Shown here: one piece after another, positions 41,246 through 51,167 of the stretch
Layout: each line of letters starts with the position of its first letter
Numbering within the stretch: position 1 is the first letter of the stretch
Assembly (NCBI GenBank): GCA_020639115.1
Contig: JACKHG010000017.1
Coordinates: 17,790 to 81,789, forward strand
Direction: 5' to 3'
Length of the DNA: 64,000 bases
Source of the DNA: Phycisphaerales bacterium
GTDB taxonomy: Bacteria > Planctomycetota > Phycisphaerae > UBA1845
Program-made: the position numbers and the translations under genes
Notes under the pieces: generated by a model
Seen by the model: the letters and a program-made list of their open reading frames with translations, nothing else
Databases searched by the model: none
Told to the model about the DNA's origin: nothing

Positions 41246-42550
41246 ATGCGACGAATCGCGATCATCAATCAGAAAGGCGGGGTCGGCAAACCACGTCGTG
41301 TTGCAACGAAGCGCGACCATTGCTGCCGTGCCGGACACCGGGTGTCTCAGTTCGATTCCCTGATCCGCAGGCCCACCTGACGATGCACTCGGCGTCGAAC
41401 CCGGATGCAGACAAGCCCAGCATCTATAACGCTCATTCGACAACTTGTTGCCTGCCGTGATGCTGCCGAGGCCCTAGAGAATTCGCCATCGTGCCGTCGT
41501 GCACATCGATCTGGCGGCGGCTGAGATGGAGTTGGACAAGCGGATAGCCGCGAGATCCTCCGCGACGCTGCAGCAGGTACACTGTGGATTACGACTATCT
41601 GCTGGATGGATTGTCCGCCGTCGCTCGGCGTGCTCACGATCAACGGGCTGGCGGCGATGAACGAGGTTTTCGTGCCGATGCAGCCGCACTTCCTTGCGCT
41701 CCAGGGCGTGGGCAAGTTGCTGGAAACGATCCGGCTGGTGCGATCGCGGATCAACCCCGACCTGAAGGTCAGCGGCATCATCCTGTGCATGTACGAGGCG
41801 GGGACGCGTCTGGCGGGCGAGGTCTCGGCTGACCTTGCGGCCTTCCTGGAGCAGAGCCGCGACAGCGACGTGCCTTGGGCGAACGCGGTGGTGTTCGACA
41901 CGATCATCCGCCGCAACATCAAGCTGGCGGAGTGCCCGAGCCACGGCCAGACCATCACCGAGTACGCCCCGCAGAGCAACGGCGCGATCGACTACGCCGC
42001 GCTGACGGCGGAAATCATGGGCGTCGATGCGGAGACCCTGCGGCCGACAGCGGCTGCTCCGGCCCGCAAGCCTCGGCCCCAGGCGGCAACTGGCGACGCG
42101 GTGGTCGATGCGGAAGTGCCCGCTGTGCAGGCCGCGGACGAAGAAGAGACGGAGCAGGCAGCGGTGACGGATGTGGCTGAGCCAGATCAGGCCGAGCCCG
42201 TGGCTGCCGAATACCCGCAAGGGACAGGCGAGCACCACGTCCCCCCTGCCGAGCCGGTTCCGGCCTTTGACGCCGGCGATCGGGTCGCACACGGTCCCGA
42301 TCCGGTCGAGGCAAGGCCCATCGAGGCCGCGGCCGTCGAGGGCGTTCCCGCCGAGGCTGCTCTCGTCGAGGAGCCTGCGGCACCGGAGCCTGAAGTCGTA
42401 GCGGCGGAGCCTGAGGCAGCGTCCGACGAGGACGCGCCGGTCCGCCCCGCCCCGACGCCCACGCGTATTCCGCCGCGCCGCTCGATCCCGGTGTTCTACG
42501 AGGAAGAGGAGGCGACCGCCTCGTCCACCTCGGGAGCCGACCGTGACTGA
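41246..42550 (+). pseudogene. parA: ParA/Soj-type partition ATPase; the 5' third is frameshifted, the remainder (41606-42550) is intact and carries a long acidic/Pro-rich tail
   Basis: MRRIAIINQKGGVGK (deviant Walker A) starts at 41246. Then [37 protein letters not shown] and DYDYLL appear in different frames. From [17 protein letters not shown] onward there is a clean 314-codon ORF. Confidence 0.8.
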
Positions 42551-42965
42551 ATCGGTCGTGGACGCGTCCGCGCAGGACCAGCCCCTTCGCAACCGCTGGC
42601 ATCGTGTCTTGCTGGTGGCGTGGCTGGCCTACTGGGCCATCCTGACGTACCTGCTGCTGGCTCCGAAGGTGCCGCGCGCTCCGATCACGATCTCGCCGAA
42701 GGGGCTGGTTATCCACTGCTTCACGTTCGCCTGCCTGGCGTACGGCCGGGTCGTCGTCCGTCGCGCCGGCGGCGGTCGCTCCACGTGGCGCTGGGCGCTG
42801 GTGTGGGCGGTTGTTCTGGCCGCCTATGGTGGCCTGGCGGAGCTGATTCAGCCGCTGACCGGGCGCGACTGCGACATCGAGGATTTCCTTGCGGATGCGG
42901 TGGGTGTCGTGGTCGTCCTGCTGGTTGCCACGATCCGCGACTGGCGGCGGCCCGGGGCGCGATGA
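42543..42965 (+). CDS. VanZ-like family membrane protein
   Basis: 140 aa with 4 hydrophobic helices and the motif [26 protein letters not shown], typical of VanZ-like proteins. The GTG start overlaps the parA stop. Confidence 0.65.
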   Translation: MTESVVDASAQDQPLRNRWHRVLLVAWLAYWAILTYLLLAPKVPRAPITISPKGLVIHCFTFACLAYGRVVVRRAGGGRSTWRWALVWAVVLAAYGGLAELIQPLTGRDCDIEDFLADAVGVVVVLLVATIRDWRRPGAR

Positions 42966-43014
42966 AATCGCCCGACGGCATGGCACCTTAACCGCCAGAT
43001 GCTAAGCTGACACC

Positions 43015-44046
43015 ATGAAACTCACGACCCAACGCATCACCGCCCGGCTGCGCTACCCGTTCCGTATCGCCCGATCGGGCAGTTCAGCCGGGGACAACAC
43101 CGAGATAACCCGCATCGTCGTCGCGCTCGAGCATGAGGGAATCACCGGACTGGGTGAAGCCGTACCGGTTCCCTACTACGGCCACACGCTGGAGTCGATC
43201 GAGCAGACCGTTGCCGAGGCCGGCCCGCTGGTCGGCGATGACCTCGAGGACGTCGACCGCATCATCGACCGCCTCCTGGACCGCTTCGACAGCGAGCGTG
43301 CGGCGGTGTCCGGCATCGATAGCGCCCTGCACGACTGGCTGGGCAAGCGGCGCGGCGTGCCGGTGTGGAAGATGCTCGGACTCGATCCGGCGCAGACGCC
43401 GCCGACGTCGATGACGATCGGGATCGACCGGCTGGAGCTGCTGCCGGAGAAGGTGGCGCTGGCGGAACCCTACCAGGTGTTGAAGATCAAGGTGGGCACC
43501 GACGCCGACGTCGAGACGCTCACGCAACTGCGTCGCCTGGCGCCGGACAAGCGCGTGCGGGTGGACGCGAACTGCGGGTGGCCGCCGGATGCGATTGTTC
43601 CGCGCATGCTGCAGATTCTGCCGTTCGACCTGGAGTTCATCGAGCAGCCCACGAAGGCCGGCGAGCTGGAGGCAGTGCGCGCGGCGCGTGCGGAATCCCC
43701 CATTCCGCTCATCGCCGACGAGGACTCCGTCCGACCCAACGACGTGCCGCGCCTCGACGGTGTCTACGACGGCATCAACGTCAAGCTCTCCAAGTGCGGC
43801 GGGATCCGCGAAGCGCTGCGGATGATCCGCGACGCCCGCAGCCGCAGCATGCAGGTGATGCTGGGGTGCATGACGGAGACGTCGCTGGGGGTGGCTGCGG
43901 CGGCGCACATCGCGTCGCTGGTGGATTACGCCGATATCGACGGGCACCTGCTGCTAAGTGAGGATCCCTTCACGGGCCTGCAACTCGCAGACGGCGTTGT
44001 TCGGCCCAGCGACGCGCCGGGGTTGGGCGTACATGCCGTAGCATAG
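43015..44046 (+). CDS. Dipeptide (L-Ala-D/L-Glu) epimerase, enolase superfamily
   Basis: It has the MR/MLE-type blocks LKIKVGTD, VRVDANCGW, LEFIEQP, LIADEDS, NVKLSKCGG and MLGCMTETS. Confidence 0.85.
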   Translation: MKLTTQRITARLRYPFRIARSGSSAGDNTEITRIVVALEHEGITGLGEAVPVPYYGHTLESIEQTVAEAGPLVGDDLEDVDRIIDRLLDRFDSERAAVSGIDSALHDWLGKRRGVPVWKMLGLDPAQTPPTSMTIGIDRLELLPEKVALAEPYQVLKIKVGTDADVETLTQLRRLAPDKRVRVDANCGWPPDAIVPRMLQILPFDLEFIEQPTKAGELEAVRAARAESPIPLIADEDSVRPNDVPRLDGVYDGINVKLSKCGGIREALRMIRDARSRSMQVMLGCMTETSLGVAAAAHIASLVDYADIDGHLLLSEDPFTGLQLADGVVRPSDAPGLGVHAVA

Positions 44047-44056
44047 AGACTCTCAA

Positions 44057-44085
44057 TGCGGCCCGAGCGCGCCGCAGTCTTTTTC
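44057..44085 (+). terminator. Hairpin plus T-run between convergent genes
   Basis: tgcggc-ccgagcgc-gccgca is followed by gtctttttc, 11 nt after the epimerase stop. Confidence 0.5.
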
Positions 44086-44115
44086 TAACTGTGGGCCTAT
44101 GCTCCGACGTGCGGT

Positions 44116-46212
44116 TTATGGTGCAGCGCCGGTGACGACCTGCTGCAGGATGGCGCCGTCGGCGAGATCCACGTCGCCGTCGCCGTCCAGGTCGGCGTTG
44201 GCAAAAACTTGTGCGCTGCAGCCACCAACGGGGTTGGCAAATCCGGGACCGGCGAGGCAGACGTCAAAAACCGCCTGATCCGCCGCATCCACGTCGCCAT
44301 CGACGTCGAGGTCGCCGCCCGCGGCGGGTGGACGGTGCGCCCCGACGACGCTGGCGTCGCGTCGCCCGACCGCGAGGTGCAGGCCGTCGGGCGAATACGC
44401 CAGGACGTCGACGCCCGTACCGAGCGGAGCGTCGTACAGCCGCAGCAGCGCCCCGTCGGCCACGCGCCAGAGGCCGAGTTGGTCCCGCCAGCCGCTCGTG
44501 ACCAGCGTACGGCTGTCGGGGGCAAACGCCAGGGTGGAGATTATGAGCTCAGGACCGGTCAGCACATGCAGCGTCGACCCGTCCTGCGTATTCCAGAGCC
44601 GGATCGTCTTGTCGTATCCGGCGGAGGCGAGCACCGCCCCGTCTGGGGAAAAGGCAACCGTCTTCACCGTGTCGGTGTGACCGGTCAGGGTGTCGATAAG
44701 CGCGCCGTCGCTCACGTGCCAGAGCTGGACGACGTTGTCGGTGGCCACCGCCAGCGTTGTACTGTCGGGTGAAAAGGCCACGGCGGTCGGCGTCACACTA
44801 AACCCCGTGAGCGTGTGCACGAGCTGCCCGTCGGAGACGCGCACCAGCTTGACGGTGCGCACGCCGGCGTCGTTGCCCGCGGATGCGAACCACGCTCCAT
44901 CCGGCGAAAACGCGATATCGGTGGGAAAACCCGTGTGGCCCGGCAGCGTGCCAGCGGGCGCGAGCGCGGGATAGGTCCAGAGTTTGACGCCCGACCCATA
45001 CCCGCACGAGGCGAGCACCGTACCATCCGGAGAGAAGGCAAGGTCGCGGATCTCGTCGCCGTCGTGGGCCGCCGGGATCGCGCCCACGGCTGCGCCGGTC
45101 GTCGCGTCCCAGAGCAGAATGTCGGTCCCACTAGTGGCGACCAGCACCGATCCATCGAGCGCGTACACGGCGTCGTAAACCTCCCCGGTTTGCGCGGTGA
45201 GCTTGCGCAGCAACGTTCCGTCGGTGGCACTCCAGAGCCGCACGTTGCTGTCGTCATAGCCGGCTGCCGTGACCACCTGCGTGCCATCGGGACTGAGGGC
45301 GGCATCGGCCACGCCGTCCGTATGGCCGCTGAAGGTCTGCAGCAGGGTTCCGTCGGAGGTGCGCCACAGCCGCGCCGTACCGTCCTCGCTGGCGGACAGG
45401 AAGTGCTCGCCATCGGCTGAAAAAACCAGCTTCCGGATCTCGTCGGTGTGGGTGGTGAGCGGGGTCAGGGCCGTTCCCGCGGGCAGAACCCAGCGGCGGA
45501 TGACCCCGTCGGCGTCACCGGACAGCAACAGCGTTCCATCGGGCGAAAGCGCGAGGGCGAAGGCAGCCGCCCCCTCACTTCCGAGCGTGCGCAGGAAGGC
45601 CGCGTCCGATACGCGGTACTCGTTGACCTCCCCCTCGTAGGCCGCGATGTAGGCCTTGCTGCCATCGGGCGAGAAGGCCATCGCAAACGGCAGGAAACCG
45701 AAGAAACCCGGCGGTTTGGGAAATTCACGAAGCACGCTCCAGTCCGAAGCCTGACGGAGCAGCGCCTGGCCATCAAAACTCCCGAGCGTGGCAACCAGTT
45801 GATTGTCGGGGGAGAACTCGATGGCGGAGACGAGGCTGAAGTGCTCGTCGAACACCTGCTCGACGGCGCCGGTCGCGAGGTTGCGCAGCTCCACGTCGTA
45901 ACCGACGCCGACCGCCATGTGCCCATCGGCGGGCACGTAGCGCAAAACTGCGGCGCCCCCGGTGTCGGTGCGCCACGTGCGCAACAGCTCGCTGTCCGCG
46001 GCCCGCCAGAACTTGATCGTGCCGTCCACCCCCGACGAGATGACCTGCGTTCCGTCGGGAGAAAACGTCACGGCTGTGCAGCCAAAGCGATGTCCGCCGC
46101 GCTGCCACATGACGGGCAGGTCGGCTGCTGTGACGCGCGGCGTCGCGAGTCCGGATGCAGCCAGTGCCAGAGCGCAGGACCAGATACCCAGACGGTCAAT
46201 CCCGAGGCGCAT
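44116..46212 (-). CDS. Secreted WD40-repeat protein (about two beta-propellers) with a dockerin-like C-terminal tail
   Basis: The start at MRLGIDRLGIWSCALALAASGLA has GGAAGGAGG upstream. About 14 units of the type FSPDG..L.S...D..VRLW follow. The C-terminus is GGDLDVDGDVDAADQAVFDVC...ADLDGDGDVDLADG. Confidence 0.85.
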   Translation of the reverse strand: MRLGIDRLGIWSCALALAASGLATPRVTAADLPVMWQRGGHRFGCTAVTFSPDGTQVISSGVDGTIKFWRAADSELLRTWRTDTGGAAVLRYVPADGHMAVGVGYDVELRNLATGAVEQVFDEHFSLVSAIEFSPDNQLVATLGSFDGQALLRQASDWSVLREFPKPPGFFGFLPFAMAFSPDGSKAYIAAYEGEVNEYRVSDAAFLRTLGSEGAAAFALALSPDGTLLLSGDADGVIRRWVLPAGTALTPLTTHTDEIRKLVFSADGEHFLSASEDGTARLWRTSDGTLLQTFSGHTDGVADAALSPDGTQVVTAAGYDDSNVRLWSATDGTLLRKLTAQTGEVYDAVYALDGSVLVATSGTDILLWDATTGAAVGAIPAAHDGDEIRDLAFSPDGTVLASCGYGSGVKLWTYPALAPAGTLPGHTGFPTDIAFSPDGAWFASAGNDAGVRTVKLVRVSDGQLVHTLTGFSVTPTAVAFSPDSTTLAVATDNVVQLWHVSDGALIDTLTGHTDTVKTVAFSPDGAVLASAGYDKTIRLWNTQDGSTLHVLTGPELIISTLAFAPDSRTLVTSGWRDQLGLWRVADGALLRLYDAPLGTGVDVLAYSPDGLHLAVGRRDASVVGAHRPPAAGGDLDVDGDVDAADQAVFDVCLAGPGFANPVGGCSAQVFANADLDGDGDVDLADGAILQQVVTGAAP

Positions 46213-46596
46213 GGCGTCCTCCTTCCGGTGCTGAATCGGATGTGTTGCGTTCGTACCCCGCCCGCGGCCGAGAGGAAACCCCATGTTACGGCGCTGCCCG
46301 TCGGGAAACAACAAAATCCCGGATAGTGCCTTTCAAGGGGCGAGACGGGCACCGGTCAGGTCCAGCCCGAAGGGGCATCCGCCCCAGATGCGCGCATAAG
46401 TCGAGGGAACATGCCGCCAGGATCGGGGATGAAACCACCACGGAGGAGTCAGGGCCGAAGCCACCAGGACGAACACCGCAGCGACGCATGCACACTGTAT
46501 AACGAGCTCGGGGAGTGGGTTGCGATCCAGGGCGTTCGTCGCGAGAATAGATTTTCCGCACATGCGGGTGATGGGTATCGGGCTGGAGATGAGAAC

Positions 46597-47202
46597 ATGT
46601 CCATAGAGGCGGACGCCGGTGTAACGCTGTTGCTGGAGCGCATTCGTGCCGGCGACCGCGGCGCGCGCGATGAGCTGTTCCGGCTCGTGTACGCGGAATT
46701 GCGGGCGCAGGCTGAACGGCACATGCAGATCGAGCGCGACGGGCACACGCTGCAGGTGACGGCGCTCGTGCACGAGGCCTTTCTGAAGTTGTGCGCGGGG
46801 TCGACGCTGGCCAGGGCGGAGAACCGCCGGTATTTCTTCGGTGCGGCGGCGGAGGCCATGCGGCAGGTACTGGTTGACCATGCGCGGGCTCGGAAGGCGC
46901 AGAAGCGGGGTGGAGCCTGGCAGCGGATTTCGCTCGATGAGATGCTGGCCGGCGCGGCGCGTGCGGCGAGCCCCCACCCCGTGGGGGATGACCCGGCCGA
47001 CGCGTGCGCAGCCCTGCTCGGACTGGATGACGCTCTGGCGAAGCTGGCGCAGCGTAGTCCGCGTCAGCACCAGGTGGTCCTGCTGCGGTTTTTCGGCGGA
47101 CTGAACTTTCCAGAGCTGGCAAAAGCGCTGAATCTCTCGAAGAGCACGGTCGAGCTTGAATTTCGCGTGGCCCGCGCGTGGTTGCGCACGGAACTGGCCT
47201 GA
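46597..47202 (+). CDS. ECF-type RNA polymerase sigma factor (kinase-associated type)
   Basis: The start is at MSIEADAGVTLLLERIRAGD. It has a region-2-like LVHEAFLKL and a region-4 HTH, VVLLRFFGGLNFPELAKALNLSKSTVELEFRVARAWL. A Ser/Thr kinase gene follows 28 nt downstream. Confidence 0.85.
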   Translation: MSIEADAGVTLLLERIRAGDRGARDELFRLVYAELRAQAERHMQIERDGHTLQVTALVHEAFLKLCAGSTLARAENRRYFFGAAAEAMRQVLVDHARARKAQKRGGAWQRISLDEMLAGAARAASPHPVGDDPADACAALLGLDDALAKLAQRSPRQHQVVLLRFFGGLNFPELAKALNLSKSTVELEFRVARAWLRTELA

Positions 47203-47229
47203 TCCAGCGTATCGGCACCGAGGAGCGGC

Positions 47230-50200
47230 ATGGACCCATCGCGGTGGCAACGGATAAGCACGCTCTTCGCAGAGGCGACTCGACGGCCACCGGAAGAACG
47301 TCTCGCCTTCCTCGACGAGGCCTGCGGCTCGGACCTCGCGCTGCGCCACGAAGTGCAGCGGCTGCTGGATGCCGACATTGCCGACGGCACGTTTCTGTCC
47401 CCGCCGGCCGGCGCCAACGCCGCGGACCAACTGCCGACCGTAGCGCTGGAGAGCGCGCGTAGCGACGCCGGTGCGGCCCTCACGCTGGACGGCTACGAGG
47501 TCGTGCGTGAACTGCATCGCGGCGGACAGGGCATCGTTTTCCAGGCGGTGCAGCAGTCGACGCGGCGCAAGGTGGCGATCAAGGTGCTGCTCGAAGGGCC
47601 GCACGCCGCGCCAGCGGCCCGGCGGCGCTTCGACCGCGAGATCGAACTGGTCGCCAGTCTCAAGCACCCCAACATCATCTCAATCTTTCATTCGGGCACG
47701 ACTGGGGACCGCCACGCCTTTTGCGTCATGGACTACGTCCGCGGCGTGTCCCTGACCGAGTACGTTCGCCGGGAACAACCGAACCTCGAGGACGCGTTGC
47801 GGCTGTTCGTCAAGGTCTGCGACGCCGTGAATTATGCGCATCAGCGTGGCGTCATTCATCGCGATCTGAAACCATCCAACATCCTCGTCGACGGTGAGGG
47901 TGAGCCGAAAGTGCTCGACTTTGGTCTCGCCAAGTTGATCGGCGGTCCGGAGCAGACGCTCGTGTCGCTGACCGGCCAGGTCGTGGGCACCCTGCCCTAC
48001 ATGTCGCCCGAGCAGACGCAGGGCAATCCCGATCGCATCGACACGCGGACCGACGTGTATTCGCTGGGTGTTGTCCTGTACGAGATGCTGACCGGGCAAT
48101 ACCCTTATCCGGTCGTGGGGCAGCTCGCGGACGTTTTGCGTCACATCACGGAGACCGAACCCGCCCCACCGACGCGCTGCTGGCGCGCGGACTCGGGTAT
48201 TCGCAAACGGTCGGCGCGGCGCTGGCGGGCCGGCGAGTGTCCGATCGACGACGAAGTGCAGACGATCGTGCTGCGCACGCTCGCCAAGGAACGGGAGCGG
48301 CGCTATCAAAGCGCCGGCGAACTGGCACGCGACGTCGAGCGCTATCTGGTGGACGAACCCATCGAGGCCAAGCGGGACAGCGGGTGGTACCTGCTGCGCA
48401 AGCAACTGCGGCGATATCGGTGGCCGGTGACGGTGGCGGCGGGATTTCTGGCGCTCATCATCATCGGACTCGCCGTGTCGCTGAATCTGTGGATGGCGGC
48501 GCGGGCTGCACGCATCGTCGCAGAACAGGCGCAGCGGAAGGAAGCGGAACAGCGTGCAGCGGCGATTGAACACGCCGAGGATGCGCAGGCCGCCCGCGCC
48601 GAGGCCGAATATCAGGCGTTTCTGGCCAACCTGAGCGCAGCCAGCCAAGCGCTCGACCAGCATGAACTGCGCGGCGTCCGCCGTCGCCTCGCGGCGATTC
48701 CCGACAGGCTGCATCGCTGGGAGTGGAACTTCCTCAATGCCGCAGCGGACGACAGCATAGCGGTCCTGGAGGGGCACACCGCCGAGGTGCGGCAAGCGGC
48801 GTTCAGCCCGGATGGCGCCCGCGTCGTGACCGCGGCGGACGATGGAACCGCCCGAGTGTGGGAGATGGACACCGCTGAGGCCGTGCGCGTGCTGACGGTT
48901 CCCGAGGGGTGGTTGCACGACGCGGTGTTCAGTCCTGACGGAGCGCGGATCATCACCGCCGGCGGCGGTCCGACACGGATCTGGGACGCCAGCACTGGAG
49001 CGGAACTGCTCGCTCTGGGCGACGCCACAGCCAACGACAGCCATGCGGAATTCAGCCCCGATGGCACGCAGATCGTGGCCGCGGGTATGGACGGAGTGAT
49101 TCGCGTCTGGAACGTGCAGACGGGCACGCGAATCGTATCGCTGAGCGGTCACCGACGCGGCGTTAATCATGCCACGTTCAGTCGCGACGGCACGCGCGTC
49201 GTGAGTTCTTCGTGGGACGGCACCGCGCGGGTCTGGAACCCGTCAGCGGAGACCTCGGCAATCGAACTGCACGCCCCGCCCTCGGTATTGCACGCCACGT
49301 TCAGCCCCGACGCGCGCAGGATCGTGACGTCGAACTGGGATAGTGTGCAATTGTGGAACTCCGTCTCGGGGACGCGCGTGTCACAATTCACGACAAATGA
49401 CGGCACCGCGCGACTGCCGGCGCAACCCGTCGCCATGGCGGTATTCACGCCGGACAACAAACGGTTCGTTGCCGTGACGGGCGCTGACCCGAGGGCGCGG
49501 ATCTGCGATGCGGGCACGGGTGCTGTGCTGGCCACCTTGGTGGGGCATGCCGATGGAATCCTGCATGCCGCCGTCAGCCCGGACGGAACAATGGTGGCCA
49601 CAGCCGCGTTGGACGGGACGGTGCGGCTGTGGGACACGGCTACCGGCGCCCCCCGCGCTGTGTTGCATGGACACACGGGCGCCGTCAACTGGGTTGCGTT
49701 CAGTCCGAACGGTGAACGAATCATCACGGCTGCGGCAGATGATACGGCGCGGCTGTGGGACATCGCGACGGCATTGACTCGGGTGCCCGGCATGGGTTCA
49801 GGCGTGCCCTTGCGTCTTGCGGAATACTGCCCCGATGGCGCCTGCATCCTGACCGTGGCGACGGACGGCGTGGCGCGATTATATGACGCGACCACGCACG
49901 CGCTGCTCACGCGACTCGCGGATCGCACGGCCATCCGCAGCGTCAGCTTCAGCGGAAACGGCGCGCGCCTGCTGACGACCTCGGACGACAGCACGGTTCG
50001 AATCTGGAACGCCCTCACCGCGGCCCTGGAGCTGACCATCGACGCCGGGACCCAGAGCGACGTGTTCGCCACAATCGACAGCAACGGCACTCGCGCCGTA
50101 ACAGCCGCGCCGGACTCCATGCACGATCCGGCGCGTTTGTGGGATCTGCGCACCGGCCGCCAATTGGCCCTTCTGAGCGGTGGCGCCTTCGGCGTCGGCT

Positions 50201-51009
50201 TCGCGGCATTCAGTCCGAACGGGCAAAAGGTCGTGACCGTTTCGCGGGATGGCGACGCACACCTGTGGGACGCCGCAACGGGTGCGGAGTTGGCGCGTCT
50301 GCCGGGACAGAGCGGTCTGGCATCGCCGGTTTTTGCGGCATTCAGCCCCGACGGAACGAAAGTGCTGTGCGTCGGCGACAACGAGGTTGGCGCGGTCTGG
50401 AGCGTCGCCGATGGCGCAGCCCTGTTTTCACTGCAAGGGCATAGCGAGGCGATCCTCCACGCTGCGTTCAGCCCTGACGGGCAGCTCATCGCAACAGCCT
50501 CCAGCGACGCAACTGCGCGCGTCTGGAATTCCGTCAGCGGCGCGCCACAGGCGGTGCTCGCGGGACACGAAAACGCCGTGACCCGCGTCGGCTTCAGTCC
50601 CGACGGCGACCGGTTGCTGACCTGTTCCGACGATGGGACCCTGCGCGACTGGGATCCAGTGACCGGAGCCGAACTCCTCGTGCTGCGCGCACATGATGAT
50701 GCCGTCGGGATGGGCAGGTTCAACATCGACGGCAGCGTTATACTGACCGTTTCGCCGAACGGTACATGCCGCATCTGGGACAGCCACCCGCCCCCGGTAC
50801 GTTGCGCACAGCGCCACGCGTACCTGCGGGCGCGGGCGTGGGCCGCGACGGAGCTTGATGCGCTCGTTGCGCAATCACCTGACTGGAACGACGCGATGTC
50901 GACCATCCGCCAGTCCGCGGCGGAGAGGTTCGACCGCTGGGCAGCGCACAACCTCATATTGCAGCGTGCCGGAACATCGGCTGGCACCGAACTCAACCAG
51001 AGAGAGTGA
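47230..51009 (+). CDS. Ser/Thr protein kinase with one transmembrane helix and a large WD40-repeat domain
   Basis: The kinase motifs are VAIKVL, HRDLKPSNIL, DFGLAK and YMSPEQ. The transmembrane helix is WPVTVAAGFLALIIIGLAVSLNLWM. At least 14 WD40-like units follow (FSPDG...ARVWD/RLWD). Confidence 0.9.
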   Translation: MDPSRWQRISTLFAEATRRPPEERLAFLDEACGSDLALRHEVQRLLDADIADGTFLSPPAGANAADQLPTVALESARSDAGAALTLDGYEVVRELHRGGQGIVFQAVQQSTRRKVAIKVLLEGPHAAPAARRRFDREIELVASLKHPNIISIFHSGTTGDRHAFCVMDYVRGVSLTEYVRREQPNLEDALRLFVKVCDAVNYAHQRGVIHRDLKPSNILVDGEGEPKVLDFGLAKLIGGPEQTLVSLTGQVVGTLPYMSPEQTQGNPDRIDTRTDVYSLGVVLYEMLTGQYPYPVVGQLADVLRHITETEPAPPTRCWRADSGIRKRSARRWRAGECPIDDEVQTIVLRTLAKERERRYQSAGELARDVERYLVDEPIEAKRDSGWYLLRKQLRRYRWPVTVAAGFLALIIIGLAVSLNLWMAARAARIVAEQAQRKEAEQRAAAIEHAEDAQAARAEAEYQAFLANLSAASQALDQHELRGVRRRLAAIPDRLHRWEWNFLNAAADDSIAVLEGHTAEVRQAAFSPDGARVVTAADDGTARVWEMDTAEAVRVLTVPEGWLHDAVFSPDGARIITAGGGPTRIWDASTGAELLALGDATANDSHAEFSPDGTQIVAAGMDGVIRVWNVQTGTRIVSLSGHRRGVNHATFSRDGTRVVSSSWDGTARVWNPSAETSAIELHAPPSVLHATFSPDARRIVTSNWDSVQLWNSVSGTRVSQFTTNDGTARLPAQPVAMAVFTPDNKRFVAVTGADPRARICDAGTGAVLATLVGHADGILHAAVSPDGTMVATAALDGTVRLWDTATGAPRAVLHGHTGAVNWVAFSPNGERIITAAADDTARLWDIATALTRVPGMGSGVPLRLAEYCPDGACILTVATDGVARLYDATTHALLTRLADRTAIRSVSFSGNGARLLTTSDDSTVRIWNALTAALELTIDAGTQSDVFATIDSNGTRAVTAAPDSMHDPARLWDLRTGRQLALLSGGAFGVGFAAFSPNGQKVVTVSRDGDAHLWDAATGAELARLPGQSGLASPVFAAFSPDGTKVLCVGDNEVGAVWSVADGAALFSLQGHSEAILHAAFSPDGQLIATASSDATARVWNSVSGAPQAVLAGHENAVTRVGFSPDGDRLLTCSDDGTLRDWDPVTGAELLVLRAHDDAVGMGRFNIDGSVILTVSPNGTCRIWDSHPPPVRCAQRHAYLRARAWAATELDALVAQSPDWNDAMSTIRQSAAERFDRWAAHNLILQRAGTSAGTELNQRE

Positions 51010-51167
51010 GTCATCAACGCGCGTCCGTGCGTTGCTGATTGCAGCGCGAACCTCCGTGCGCCAATGCGTGCCCGCGCGTGAACCGGCCCGGGGCTTGGTG
51101 CCCGGGCCTTGGCGGGTATCATGTCCCGGGTGCGTGCGCGGCCCAGTTAGCGCTGGCCTGCTCGTTG

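Noticed and set aside
41474-42592. 372-aa ORF antisense to parA.
   Set aside because: Its composition is Arg/Gly/Leu-rich and it lies opposite unmistakable ParA sequence, so it is a shadow ORF.
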